From Chrysemys picta bellii (lineage: Eukaryota), in assembly GCF_011386835.1 (NCBI RefSeq), contig NC_088798.1, forward strand, positions 110,298,001 to 110,362,000: a DNA stretch of 64,000 nucleotides, given 5' to 3'. The position numbers and the translations under genes were made by a program. The notes beneath the pieces were generated by a model. It searched no databases, was not told the origin of the DNA, and saw only the letters and a program-made list of their open reading frames with translations. Each line of letters begins with the position of its first letter. Position 1 is the first letter of the stretch. Shown here piece by piece: positions 50,301 to 62,795 of this stretch.

Positions 50301-53300
50301 ATCATAATTATATGATGGGGTGAATATGGGGGGTCCAGGGTGCTGCTTTGAGGCACAGAGCGTCATGACCTCCTACTACTGTGCCGCCACCCACCCAGAA
50401 ATGCGCTGTTGTGGCTCTGAGGCTGTGATCCAGCCAGCCAATTGAATGCAGCTCCATGCAGGGGCCGCAGTGGTTTGGGTGGGAGGGTGCTGTTGTGGGG
50501 TGGCTTTGCAGGCAGCTGCAGGGGGTTTGTTTGTGAGCATGTGATCAGGCCGGGAGGTGACAGATGGGGGGCTGTCCCCTCATTCTCAGGGGCACCACTG
50601 ACTCCTCTCATTCATCTCCCAGAACTTCGATGCCGAGCTCTGCAGCGTGGTCTCGGATTCCGTCTGGGAGTCGCGGGAGAAGCAGCAGCAGATTCTGCAG
50701 ATGGCGATTGTGGAGCACTTGTACCAGCAGGGCATGCTGAGTGTGGCGGAGGAGCTGTCCCAGGTACCAGGGCTGCCGGTCATGAGACTGGTGCTAGCTT
50801 GCCACACAGCAGCATTGTGTGAGGGAGGGTTGTGGCCTCCCTGGGGCAGGGGGAACCAGGAGTGCTGTGACCTGCTGTCTGGTGAGTGGGCCTTACTCAG
50901 CATTAGCCACTGGCAAGGTTCGCTCCAGGCCAGCACCTCTAGCTGACCCAGGCCAGTTGGTATGAGGCCCTGCCCAGCTCTGCAGGGACCGAATTGCAGC
51001 TGCCAAGTCTGCTGCTCTCCTGCATGTGCTCTGTGCTCCAAGGTGGAGGGCCTCTCTCCATCACGCAGGGTAGGAAACCTCACCCATCTCTGGCTGGGGA
51101 GCCTCTCCTGGCACCACCCCTCCGCCCCGGTGCATGCCGCCCTCCCCAAGAGGATGGTGGGATGTGACCACTGGCTCTCATTCTCCACAGGAGTCCACCC
51201 TGAATGTGGACTTGGACTTCAAGCAGCCGTTCTTGGAGCTGAACCGGATCCTGGAAGCGCTGCACGAGCAGGACCTGCGTCCTGCTCTGGAGTAAGAACC
51301 AATCATCTGGGAGTGCCGAGCATCCAGTGCCCCTCCTCGCCCACAGCCTCCCCACCCTTACTGAAAGTAGCCCCTCCCCTTCTGCTAGACTCATGCACCG
51401 AGTCTGGGTTGGGGTATGGGGTGCTTTGGCTGGTCAAGGGAGAGCCCGGTGCACCCCAGCTAACGTGTGATGATCTCACTCACCCTGCCTGCTGGAGCAT
51501 GCACCTTGCACCCCTGTTGGAATGAGGCCTACAAGCACAATGCTCCTTAACGCCCCCTGACCAGCCCTCCTGGGGCAGCGCCATCTGCAGGGCCTGGCAC
51601 ACCCTCCTGCCCATGAGCCACTTATGTTCCTTTTCACCCCAACTGACTCTGGTGCTACCTGGGCAGTCCCTGGAATTATAGACACTGGAGGGAAAGGAGC
51701 CCTCTAGGCCAGCCCGGCCAGGGGCATTTCACACAAAACAGTCTCCAGGAACGGGAATAACCCCATCCTCGTCTTGTCAGGTTGGGCATCAGTGAGAGCT
51801 TCCTGGCTGTCCTGGCCCACCTCCCCAGGACAGCCAGGACTTAGCTGCCCCCTGTTCTTTCCTATCCAGCTGGGCAATCTCAAACAGGCAGCGTCTGCTG
51901 GAGCTGAACAGCTCCCTGGAATTCAAGCTGTATCGTCTCCACTTCATCCGGCTCCTGGCTGGTGGCCCTGACAAGCAGCTGGAGGCCCTGAGCTACGCTC
52001 GCCACTTCCAGCCCTTTGCCCGCCTGCACCAGCGAGGTGAGACTGTGCCAGGTGGGGCCCTGCCACTGGCCTCCCTAGTGGGGCACGGGACTGCCCGGCT
52101 GGGTAGCCCCGTTCCCAGGCTACAGGGGCCCCATCACTAGCCCCGTACTGGAGGCATTGGCTGGTTGGCAGGACAGGGTGGGGGCTGGGGCCATACTGCT
52201 TCTTGAGGCCAACCAGGTGTTGTGTTGTTCAGAGATCCAGGTCATGATGGGCAGCCTGGTGTACCTGCCCCTGGGCATTGAGAACTCCCCGTACTGCCAC
52301 CTGCTGGATGCCCGGCACTGGACAGAGATCTGCGAGACCTTCACCCGCGACGCCTGTGCCCTGCTGGGGCTCTCGGTGGAATCCCCTCTCAGTGTCAGGT
52401 AAGCCCCAGGCCAGGGCCGGCAGGGTCCCCCCTTAGCAGCACCACCAAGTGCTAAGGCCTCTCCCTCTCACGCAGCTTCGCGTCTGGATGTGTGGCGCTG
52501 CCCGTGCTGATGAACATCAAGGCGGTGATTGAGCAGAGACAGTGCACGGGTGTCTGGAGCCACAAGGATGAGCTGCCTGTAAGTGCCATCTCGATGGGGG
52601 GCGGGGGGGCGGGGCGAGGCAGTGGGGCTGACCTCCCTGCGCTCTCTTGGCAGATTGAAATTGAGCTGGGCATGAAGTGCTGGTACCACTCAGTGTTCGC
52701 CTGCCCCATCCTTCGCCAGCAGACGACTGACTCCAATCCGCCTATCAAACTCATCTGCGGGCACGTCATCTCCCGGGACGCGCTCAACAAGCTCATCAAT
52801 GGGGGGAAGTAAGTTTGGTTTCTTGACATGCTCAGGCCGTGGACCCTGCCCCACCTCCGCCCTGCAGCCCCTGTCCTGCAGGCTTGGCCCTCGCCTGGCA
52901 TCACTTTGTGTGACGCAGCCCGGTGCCATGGGAGTGTGAGTGCTCTGAAGATCCCTTGGCCTGTGCCCTGTACCGCCAGGGTTCCTGGCTGGCCTTGTGC
53001 TAGTCTGGGCCAGATCGCCTTCCCGAGCTCCCCTGCAGCTGGGTGCTGCGGGTAGCAGTGAGCCTGAACGGGCTGGGTGCCGTGCATGCTGATGAGCAGG
53101 GCTTGTTATCTCTGGGGCTGGGAAGTAGGGTGCACAAGCAGTGCTGCTGCCTGCCTACGGCCAGCCCCAGGCCTTCCTTAGACTGAGCCTTGAGGGCTGG
53201 ACTGTGCCGGGAGGGGCAGACTTCTGCTGCTGTCGGTCCCCTGCAGTGCCCCAGAGCTCTGCCGTTTTCTCTGTGTTCCCTGGCCTTCCTGCCTGATGCC

Positions 53301-53387
53301 TTTGTCTCTGGACCTCTCCTCAGGCTGAAGTGTCCCTACTGCCCCATGGAGCAGAACCCGGCTGATGGGAAGCGCATCATCTTCTGA
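47336..53387 (+). CDS. RMND5B: E3 ubiquitin ligase RMND5B (GID/CTLH complex RING subunit), 9 coding exons, 393 aa
   Basis: join(47336..47474,48783..48928,50623..50763,51191..51291,51870..52036,52233..52398,52476..52578,52654..52808,53324..53387), 1182 nt, [35 protein letters not shown], LisH/CTLH/CRA segments, degenerate RING ([24 protein letters not shown]). Confidence 0.97.
47808..48413. mobile_element. hAT MITE, 606 bp, in the RMND5B intron following the first coding exon
   Basis: Degenerate TIRs CAGACGTGGGCAAATT / AGTTTGCTCACCCCTA; perfect TSD CTCTAGAC; 3' part shared with the 59245-59759 element. Confidence 0.88.
49253..50367 (-). mobile_element. Probable solo LTR, about 1.1 kb
   Basis: Starts TGTGACG and ends CGTCATG (near-inverted termini); 5-bp TSD ACCTC at 49248-49252 and 50368-50372; AT-rich interior with TTTATT motifs; no ORF. 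Confidence 0.65.
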
Positions 53388-53905
53388 CGCTGGTGGGGTT
53401 GGAAGGACTGTGGCAATAGGTCACTGCTCTTCCCCTTAGATGGCCTGTCCCACCCTCGCAGTGCGAGAGGCGGTGGTGCTGCCCACGGCAGGGCATGGGC
53501 TGCCTGTTAGGCTGAGGGTCTGAGAGCAGCTCCGTCCACTGCAGCCCCATTGGGGTCCCTTCCTTCTGCTGAACCTAGTGCAAGGTCCAGAGCAGTGGGA
53601 CCTGAGCCTGACCACCCTCTGAGACTGGACAGAGCAGCAGTGTGATGTGCTTGCTGCTGCCTGTGTGTGCTCTCCTAGTGATCTGGCTTATGCTGCCCTG
53701 CTCACTCTGCCTGTCCGGAGTGCCGGGCAGCTGTCTGCTCAGTCATAGGCAGACCCCTCCTGGCCGCGAGCGTGGCTACTGGAGCGTTCCGAGCCCTCTG
53801 CCGGGCAGTGGCCGTGCTGTACAGTCCCTTGTGCATTTACTGATATTTTTGGCATTGTAAATATTAAAGCGGGAGCTGCCTGGAGCCATTTTATAAATTC
53901 CAGAA

Positions 53906-53911
53906 AATAAA
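53906..53911 (+). terminator. Probable RMND5B polyadenylation signal AATAAA
   Basis: First AATAAA about 520 nt after the stop, in an AT-rich patch. Confidence 0.65.
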
Positions 53912-54894
53912 GCCTGTTAGCCTTTCCTCCTTGCTCTCGGAGCTCCTTGGGCAGCAGGGAAGGGCCTCCTGGCTCAGGAGGCAGTGTCAGATTTAACCTG
54001 GGAGACAGGAGGGCTGGGTCCTTAACAGCTTGGGGCCAAAGATGACATGAACCCCACTGTAAGAGGGGGCACGCTTTCTGGTGTGGGGGCTGCGGCTATG
54101 TCCCTCTCTGGGTCCTGCCGGCCCTGCATCAGTCTACAAAATAGGGCACAGAAATGAGGGGGAAGAGCTGCTGTTAGATCTGAAAAATGGAGGGGTGAGG
54201 TGGGGTGCATATGGGGGGTGGGGTAAGGAGACAGAATGGGAGGAGGCACATGTGGGCTCCAGGACACTAAGCCTGGGTGGGGTAGCAGCTTTATGACAAA
54301 CAGACCAGTGTCAAGATAAACCCTTTATTCTAAACAGAACCAGGTAACAAATGTCCTACTGTGACTGGCCTGTCCTAGGCTCCTTTGGTTCTTCCCCAGC
54401 CCGAGGGATCACAGAGAAACCCAAGACTGGATAGTGGCTAGCTGTCCTGGAGAACTATAGCACGTGGTCCATCTTTTAGATCCCGTTACTGAACAAAAAC
54501 AGTTCTCTTTCAACTAGAACCAATACAGTAACTGATGTAACCACCTTCAAGTTGCTTTAACACAACTTAACACGGCTCAATCCGTCCCTGAGGGCATTTC
54601 AGCAATCTTCCCCATCTGCAACCCAGGTCTGTAAGACTGGTCCACCTCATGGTCAGTTTGTGACTTGTTTCCATCTTGTGTCTGCTCTCACTTCACTTGT
54701 CGTGGCCACGTTGTCGGGTATCGTGGCAGATGCTTACAATTCCGGGGTAAGATTTTGCCTTTGTCTGTGCTCCTCTTTGGTCGCTGGTGCTTTGACTGGC
54801 CAGTGCCCATCTTGCCAATCTCTCACCAATCTTCTCTTTCCCAGACTCCTTAGTTGTCCTTTGTCCCATAGCTGCTGAGTATTCCGAAGAATCA

Positions 54895-55195
54895 GAGAAA
54901 TGTGGGGATGGAAGGGACTTTGAGGCCATCAAGTCCAGCCCCCTGCACTGAGACAGGACCATGCCTGGCAGGTGATGGTCCAACCTGCTTTTAAAACCCT
55001 CGAAGGCTGTGGAATTCCAGCATCCTCTGGAAGCCTAGTTAGGAAGTTTGTCCTAATATCTAACCTAAATCTCCCTTGCTGCAGATTAAGCCATTTCTTG
55101 TGATCCTACCTTCAGTGGACATGGAGAACAATTGATCCCTGTCCTGTTTGTAACAGCCCTTCACAGAGTGTGATTGGGTCCCCCTCAGGCTTCGG
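54895..55195 (-). mobile_element. CR1 LINE 3' fragment
   Basis: gaagggac..gaggccatcaagtccagccccctgc...aggaagtttgtcctaatatctaacctaaatctcccttgctgc...cttcagtggacatggagaacaa; same family as 9596-9752. Confidence 0.75.
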
Positions 55196-57723
55196 TATCC
55201 TTGGTGATGCTTTTCAAGCCTCTTTATGTGTATTGCAATCAGTGGTTTGTGGTCAGTTTCTACTTTGAAGCTACAACACTAGAGAAAGTAGTGAAATCAT
55301 GTACATCCATACACCAGACCTAGTGGCTCTCTATAGGTATACAGCCTTTCTGCGGTGGTCACAGCCCTGGAGGCATAAAAGACTGGCAACCAGTCAGTCC
55401 CCTGCCACACCCAGCCCTCCTTTAGAAGCATCGCTGCAGCTGGGGCAAAATATCGCAGCACTGAAGCCTGAAGTCCGAATGGGCTTTAAATCATTGACCA
55501 AGTGCCTGAATCCCGGCCATTTCTTATAGTCATGCTGGTTTCCAAATCTCTGACATTTTTTGCTTCCATTTTTCTGTCCCTGCCCAATTTTAATTTCTGA
55601 CCTTTGGCCTTGTTGATTTCACTCTGGTATTCAGTCACGTGCTCCGTGCCTTTCTTTAGGGTGCTTTTGTGTATGTTCTGCTGCTTGGGATGTCAGAGCC
55701 ATCACGCTTAGTAATCCTTCACAGACTCGCTTTCTGTTACAAGTGGGACACTCTGGTCTTTGAGTGTTTACAGTCCTGTGACAAATTCCTGTTTTCCCTT
55801 GGCTGTGTTCTTAGCCTGAACAGCTCGTTCCAAGTAACACGTTTTCTAGGGACACACTGAGCCTCAAACATTTTCATTATTTCTGCACCCCTTTCCTGCT
55901 TGCTCACCACCTGCATGGGCTGCAGCGTGCGCAGTTGGGGCTTCTGGGCCTGCCGCTGCTCATCGCAATCGTTTGCTTCGCTGCCAGTGGCTTTCCTGCG
56001 TCCAGGCGCTGCATGTCCACGGATGCTTAGCGCTGCTGTGGCATTGCTGGCAGTTGCCCTGGGGCTGTAGCTGCCATTGTAACACCACCTCTCCCAGCTC
56101 ACAGGGGCTGCCCTGCTCGTGAGCAGACGGTATCAAGGTAAAGGGCTGTGCCACTGTGGTGCCATAACACAGGCACTTCCTACAGCAATGGCAGGGGTTT
56201 TCTGTTGCCTAATTTACCTCCCTGAGCAGCAGGAATTAGGTTAATGGAACAATTCTTCTGTTAACCCTTGGTCTAGATGCAGCTAGGTCAAGTTCGCCTG
56301 AGCTATGTACAGAAATGTTCTAGTGCCCTGTGTAGCTGCAGCCTGAGTGTGCCCTCGCTTGGGCTCCTTTGATTCTGCTCCAGAGGCAGTCTCCAAGGCT
56401 GCAGAGTGTACAGAAGTGGGGCATGATGGCTACCCCTGGAGCTCAGGGTGCTGGGGCTGTTCTGGGGGCAAGGCTGGCCTGGCCAGCAGGGACTGGGCTG
56501 TGAGCCTGGTGTGGACTCTGCAGTAGCTCTGCAGCCCTGTCTCCCGTCACCCATATCTGGCAGTGACGGCTGGAGTCCAGTAGTGATGGGCTCCAGCCTG
56601 TACATCCAGGATAGCTGCTAGTACCTGCTGCTAAGAGCAGAGCAAGTGGTTGCTCATCCTTGTTTGTTTGCCCCGTGGCTTTCAGCTCCGGATCAGAGCG
56701 CTGTCTGAAGCGCTTCCAGGCACATGGAGCAGCTCCCTGCTGCTCCAGGGTACGAGGTGCCCGCTAGCTGGTCAGTACCTCACCCCTGGGCTCAGCAGCC
56801 CTCAGGGAGGGAATCTGTTGCCCTTTGGGCCCAGCTGAATGAGAGGCTGGGGTGGGTCATAACTCGTCATTCCAGGCTGCCCCCAGCCAGCACAGCAGTG
56901 GGGCACAGCGGAGTGGTGGAAGGAAAGGGTGGAGGGTTTTTTGCACCAACTAGGATAGAATCAACGCACGTGACAATGCTGCACAATCACCTCATGCGTG
57001 GCTGACTGCAGCTCTGAGACCCCAGCCTCACTGCCTGTCAGACATCCCACATGCTGGAGTCATCTCCCCACCAGGGGGAAGGGGGGAGAAGAAATGCATA
57101 CTAGTCCTCAATACCTCTCCACCCCCCGCTCAGCAGGCTGGGCATAACCAAGGGTTGTGGGGACTGGTCACAAGCAGCTGCCCCCCAAGGGCTGGAGAGA
57201 GGAGTCCAAATTCCTCTCACCCCACTGATATTTTTGATGCAGAGAGAGGCCATCAGTCAGCCATGCGCCATGGCTGGGGAGTGCATGTTGCAGTAGGTAG
57301 GCGTGGGTCGTGCCTTATGTTCATTTAGCCAAATTCACTGTAGTCTTTTGTTCATTTAGCCCAGGCTCCACTTTGCCTCCTAACACGGGGTCCAAGCCCC
57401 AGACACAATGGTTCCCACCTAGCCATGGCTGGGCTTGACTGAAAGGGACACCAACCCTCTCTAGCCCCTTCTGCACCCAGCGCAATGGCCTCTATTTAGT
57501 CCAGGGCAAATGCTGGTGGGCCAGAAAGAAAGCCCTTTCTGTGCTGTCAATGTCATTTCTACACAGTCATCCTTGTTCCTCCCCCACTTTCCATCATCCA
57601 GCCTTCAGGCCCAGCCCTGCTGGTGATGGCACATCAGCCGCCTGCTCAGAACGTAGCCTTAAAGCCAGGGTGCCTCCAACAGCGACTTTACTAACAACCC
57701 CACCAAACAGCTGTACAAATAGG

Positions 57724-57729
57724 TTTATT
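57724..57729 (-). terminator. Probable NHP2 polyadenylation signal (AATAAA on minus strand)
   Basis: TTTATT on the + strand about 345 nt past the NHP2 stop. Confidence 0.6.
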
Positions 57730-58072
57730 TCATCCACCACAGAACAGGTCTGACTCGCTGCTCAAGGCTTGGGCTCGTCCCCCACAGGATTGCTAGCCTG
57801 TCCAGGAAGCCTGCTCTCCCCCGCCCTTCAAGGGGGAGGTTCATCACCATCTGCCCCCACCCTCAGCAGCTGCTACTCAGTTCTTTCAGAACAATTTTTT
57901 TGGGTTAAATGTAAAAAGCCCAGGGTCTGTGCAGCCCCCTCTCCCCCACACTGAGCCCCCAGCAAGTCGCTGCAGGACCAGCGCACGTTTCATTTTGTAA
58001 AGTCCTCGGAGGCCAGCGAACGTTGCTGGGGCAGTGCAGGCCCAGCCAGCCAGAAGCTCCAGAGCAGGAACT

Positions 58073-60688
58073 TCACAGGGGGACAGGAAGGGACACAACC
58101 TCCTCCCAACACTCCTCATATGCCTCCTGGTACTCCTCATGTGGCTTGATCATTATCACACAGGTTGGGCGCTTTGAGCCTCCAGCTGCTCCCAGATCCT
58201 GAACAAGAGGAAGAGGATATCAGGCATGTCCAGGAAAGCTGCTGGTGACCTCCATCAGCAGACAGCCCCACCCACTGGGGGGAGTGGGACCCCTACCACT
58301 CCTCTGGAGGAGAGCAGACCCCCTGCACTCCACCCCACGGGGAGAATATGACTCCCCTGACCCTACAATCACCCCCACCCCCAAGTGACTGAACCACGTT
58401 GTAAAGCAACCTTCCCACAGCTGAGCAGTCTCTCCCCCTCCCACCCCGCAAGGTTAGAGCAAGGGTTCCCAAACTTTTTGTGAGACAACCCCATTTGAAT
58501 TATTTCCTCCTGGGCCCCCCAGAGGGTACCGAGTACATCATTCTGAAGAGCAAAATGTCCTCCTCCACACAGCGTGACTGCGTAGCTGTGCGGTGTGTGA
58601 GGTCATGCTGTGTCGAGGAAGCCATTTCATAGAACAAAATGGCATCATCAATGCACTGTGACCGTGCACACACCACAGAGGCGAGGTCACGCTGTGCAGA
58701 GCAAGACAGCACCCATTGCATAGGAGGGATTGCCAGGGTACGACCCCATTTGGGGGTCTGCTGTGTTAGAGGGACTTCTCTTCCCCAACTCCTCTCCCAG
58801 CCTGTCCTTGCTGATCCAGGAATGTCTGGCCTCACGGGGCCCAGCTGTACTCTGCAAGGATGGCACGAAGTCAGCAGGGCCAATGTCTTGCCGGGTCGAC
58901 GGCAGGTTAAAGCCCTAAGGATGCCAGCTGGAGACACCCCTTAGAGACGATTGTGTAGGGCTCCCCTTGGGTTTTTTGTTTTGTTATTTGGACAATTTAA
59001 AGGAGCTGCCAGATGAGAACAGAACATCGCTATCTCCTGGCTGCAGCTGGGCAAATAATACTTTAGGAACAAAGGTGAAAGCCTCCTTTGGCCCATAGAC
59101 TAGAGCACACGTCACAGCATTATCCCAGGCAGCTTAAAGCATTTGCCTGGCTGTGTTACCTCTGGCAAAATAATGGCTTCAGTGGTAGGCAGTGTCCCCT
59201 CTTCAACCCCACCCTTGAAGCAGGATGACAAACAGCCCGTAGAGCAGAGGTGGGCAAACTACAGCCCCTGAACTCCCATCCAGGGAGGCTAGCCCCTGGC
59301 CCCTCCCCTGCTGTCCCGGCTCTGGCTGGGCTATGAGCTTTTGCTGCTCTGAGCCGCATGGTAAGGGGGCAGGGAGGTTGGATGGGGGCAGGGGGTCCTG
59401 GGGGGCAGACAGGGAGCGGTTGGATGGGGGCAGAGGTTCTGGGGGGAGGGGCTGTCAGGGGACAGGGAACAGAGGGACGTTGGATAGGCATGGGAGTCCC
59501 GGGGGGCCTGTCAGGGTGTGGGTAGGGGTTGGGGCAGTCAGGGGAAAGGGGGGTTGAATGGGGGGGCTCAGGAGACAAGGAGCAGGGGGGAGGGGTTGGA
59601 TGGGTCAGGAGTTCTGAGGAGGGTAGTCAGGGGGTGGGAAGTGGCGGATAGGAGGCAGGGGCCAGGCTGTTTGGGGAGGCACAGCCTCCCCTACCCGGCC
59701 TGCCATACAGTTTTGCAACCCCAACGTGGCCCTCAGGCCAAAAAGTTTGCCCACCTCTGCCGTAGAGTGTCACTGCTAGGGATCCCTTAGCTCAAATGGG
59801 TGATTTTACGGAGTTGTGGGGGAGCAGCAGCAAAGACCTGGGTTTTATGCCCTGGGCAAGAGCTTCTTAGCACCAAAAAGAGAAAGGGGGGGCGAAGGAA
59901 GCACCACCTAAGCCATCACTTGTTATCCTGCTAGAATGTTTCATGCCCTCTTGGTGCCCAAGAAGGGTTGATTCCCACAACCCCTGAGAGCCCCCCCGAC
60001 CTTACCGACTTGGAGGGGATGTAAGCATAGGGGAGGGACCTGTCTTCACACATGACGGGGATGTGGCAATAAACTTCAATGGGCAGCGTGTCTCCCGCAA
60101 GGACTATGATCCTGAAACAGCAGAGCGAGAAGACTGATCAGTAGCTGTAGAGGGAGATGGGAACACGGAGCGCTGAGGAGGTGATTGGTCACAAAGGGGG
60201 CCCGGCGCTGCTGCTGTCTCGTATCTGGCCATGGGGCATAGGACGAAGTGCTAAAGGCCAGTGCGGTGCGGTCAGAGCCGAGTGCCCGGACAGCGCCTGT
60301 CTGGGCAGAGGCTGCAGCAGCTCCCGGGGCGCCAGGGCTGGTGGGTTCTTACCCTTTCTCGCCCTTGTTAATGAATTTCTGAACTTCCTTCACTCCCCGC
60401 CGGATCTGCTTGTGTCTCGCCGCTGGAAGAGAAATACGAGGCCCTCAGAATTCAGCCCGGGCTCAGCGGGGCTCCCCCGCTCCCCGGGCCCGTCCGCTAG
60501 CCTGTGTCCCGCCCCCCCGTGGCCTGCCCGGCCCCAGTCCCGGCCCCACCTTTCTTGACGCACTTGTAGAGCTTGCGGGTGAGCTTGCGGGAGGCCAGCG
60601 GCCGCGCGATCGGGTTCAGGTTCCCCAGCAGCTCCTGGTACGATCGCTCCGGCGCCGCTTCGGGCTCCGGCGCCTTCTCCCGAGCCAT
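58073..60688 (-). CDS. NHP2: H/ACA ribonucleoprotein complex subunit 2, 4 exons, 146 aa
   Basis: complement(join(58073..58198,60006..60111,60353..60422,60550..60688)), 441 nt, GT-AG. YQELL..LNPIARPLASRKLTRKLYKCVKK, IRRGVKEVQKFINKGEKG, LAGDTLPIEVYCHIPVMCED, DLGAAGGSKRPTCV. Confidence 0.97.
58460..58763. mobile_element. Older hAT MITE in NHP2 intron 3
   Basis: Degenerate TIRs CAAGGGTTCCCAAA / TTTGGGGGTCTGCTG; TSD GGTTAGAG / TGTTAGAG (7/8). Confidence 0.55.
59245..59759. mobile_element. hAT MITE, 515 bp, in NHP2 intron 3
   Basis: Perfect 16-bp TIRs CAGAGGTGGGCAAACT / AGTTTGCCCACCTCTG; perfect TSD CCGTAGAG. Confidence 0.93.
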
Positions 60689-60994
60689 GATCGACAGACA
60701 CGTGGCCCGCACCCCTGCCCCACTTCCGGGTGCGCGCAGAGCACCCTGGGAAGGACCTGGTTACAGACTCCGCCCGCCTCCATCCCAGCCAATAACAACC
60801 CTCCCCTTGTTTGCCCCGCCCCCCCCCCACGTGCCCCGCCTGCCGGAAGGGAAAGGACGCGCGTGACCATCCCGCCACTCTCAGAGACACGCGCCTGTTA
60901 GAGCCGTGTGCGCGCGCTTGTCCCGGGCCTCTTTGCCCCGCCCAGCCCGGGCTCCGGCTACACCCCCCAGCTGCAGCCCGGGCCACTGGCGGGG

Positions 60995-61502
60995 GGGGTC
61001 CCAGGCGGGCTCGGTGGGATGGGGCAGGGAGGGGCCCCAGGCTGAGGGAAGTGGCCCCGGTGGGGGGCAGGGAGGGGCTCCAGGCTGAGGGAAGTGACCC
61101 CGGTGGGGGGCAGGGAGGGGCCCCAGGCTGAGGGAAGTGACCCCGGTGGGGGGCAGGGAGGGGCCCCAGGCTGAGGGAAGTGGCCCCGGTGGGGGGCAGG
61201 GAGGGGCACCAGGCGGGCCCGGTGGTTGTGGGGGGCAGGGAGGGGCCCCAGGCGGGCCCGGTGGTTGTGGGGGCAGGGAGGGGCCCCAGGCTGAGGGAAG
61301 TGACCCCGGTGGGGGGCAGGGAGGGGCCCCAGGCTGAGGGAAGTGACCCCGGTGGGGGGCAGGGAGGGGCCCCAGGCTGAGGGAAGTGACCCCGGTGGGG
61401 GGCAGGGAGGGGCCCCAGGCGGGCCCGGTGGTTGTGGGGGGCAGGGAGGGGCCCCAGGCGGGCCCGGTGGTTGTGGGGGGCAGGGAGGGGCCCCAGGCTG
61501 AG
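60995..61502. repeat. G-rich 43-bp (and about 39-bp variant) minisatellite upstream of NHP2
   Basis: GGGGCAGGGAGGGGCCCCAGGCTGAGGGAAGTGACCCCGGTGG; GAAGT recurs at 61048, 61091, 61134 and 61177 (43-bp spacing). Confidence 0.9.
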
Positions 61503-61837
61503 AGGGAATCTAGACCGGGACCAGATTCCCTAACTCCTGGACACAGACGAGGCTTTTCACCAGAATTCAGGCATCAAGTCTGGACTCCAGCTTGTCACCC
61601 CAGCCCCGTCTCTCTGGCTCCTCAGCCCCTGCAGGGAGGACAGACTAAGGCCGGGAACAAGCCCTGAGGCGATGCAAAGCTGATCCCCCTTCCCGGGACG
61701 TTTCATGGCAGTAGCTGGCTGGGATAGGACCTCAGGACTGAGCCTGGGGGGCGGGTTCCAGAAACTTCCCCCTGTAGCAGTTAAGGAGTTCTTTCTGGGG
61801 ACAACTGTGTGAGATTACCACAACTTCACACACGAGA

Positions 61838-61843
61838 TTTATT
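61838..61843 (-). terminator. Candidate polyadenylation signal of the BRD8-type gene
   Basis: TTTATT on the + strand about 950 nt past the stop at 62796, at the end of an AT-rich 3'UTR-like tract. Confidence 0.5.
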
Positions 61844-62795
61844 AAAAGCAGAGAACATGGAAATGAAAGCAGAGAAAAGGGTGGCTTTGCCCTGTTTACA
61901 AGCTGACCTAGAGTCCAAGTCAAAAATGCAGTTAAAAGCAAGCATACATATCCGTGATGGAAGGGTACAAACATTTACAGAGCTGTTGTAACGATCCCCA
62001 AACCAAACATTACAAACCCAGGAAATTCAAGTTTAGATTACACTTAACACATTTGGATTTAAGGGCTGGAAATGTACCATTAAACAGCCTTAACTCTGCC
62101 CTGTGGTGACATCGTGCAATAGCCATATGATTATGATTAAGGCAGTTTAGTGTGTGAGACCTCAGATTAAACAGATTGTTAAAGGCCTTGTAGCTGTTTC
62201 CCCTCATGTCCTCATTACAGGGATTACATTGTAGAAACAAAGAACTGTAACAGACACCTTTCAAAGGCTTAAATGACCTTACTCAGAGCCTGCATTTCAC
62301 AAACAGTCTGCACAGCTCTACCTCAGCCAATTTCAGTATTATCCTTTCAACTATGCAGACGGACATCTTCAATACACCCTCCTTTTCTCCACCGTGCTAA
62401 ACGATGAATTAGGGACAGAGGTACAGACCCCATCACAGGTCTTAAAGGGACCAAGGGCTATACAGCTCCTTTCTTTGGGGACAGCATGTTTCTTTACTGC
62501 CCTGGGAACATCACCACCACCCCAGCCAAGGAAAGGGGCATCCAGCTCAGGGTGTGTGTGCCCGGCCCCACCCCAAGCCAAGGAAGGGGATGTCCTTTCC
62601 AGGGCAGAGGAGGCCCCAGGAATCTAGAAATTGCATTTAGTTTTTTTAATCCAGTTCCTGGCACCAAGGCGCAATAGCTGCCATTCTCATGGAATGTGAG
62701 AAATGGTTGCTAGTGCAGGGCAGGGGAACAGGGTTTGGAACAGAGCTGGGGGAGGATATTACCCCCCAAAACAGGCCCCTCATCTGACCATCTCT

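Noticed and set aside
55905-55945. Minus-strand RSPNCARC resembling the start of a DMRT DM domain
   Set aside because: It continues SPCRW* rather than RNHG...LKGHKR; a short chance match.
56530-56600. HHYWTPAVTARYG resembling an NPY/PYY C-terminus
   Set aside because: No upstream PP-fold residues, signal peptide or GKR processing site; weak donor.
60811-61667. Repeated GGREGPQAEG ORFs
   Set aside because: Translations of the 43-bp minisatellite.
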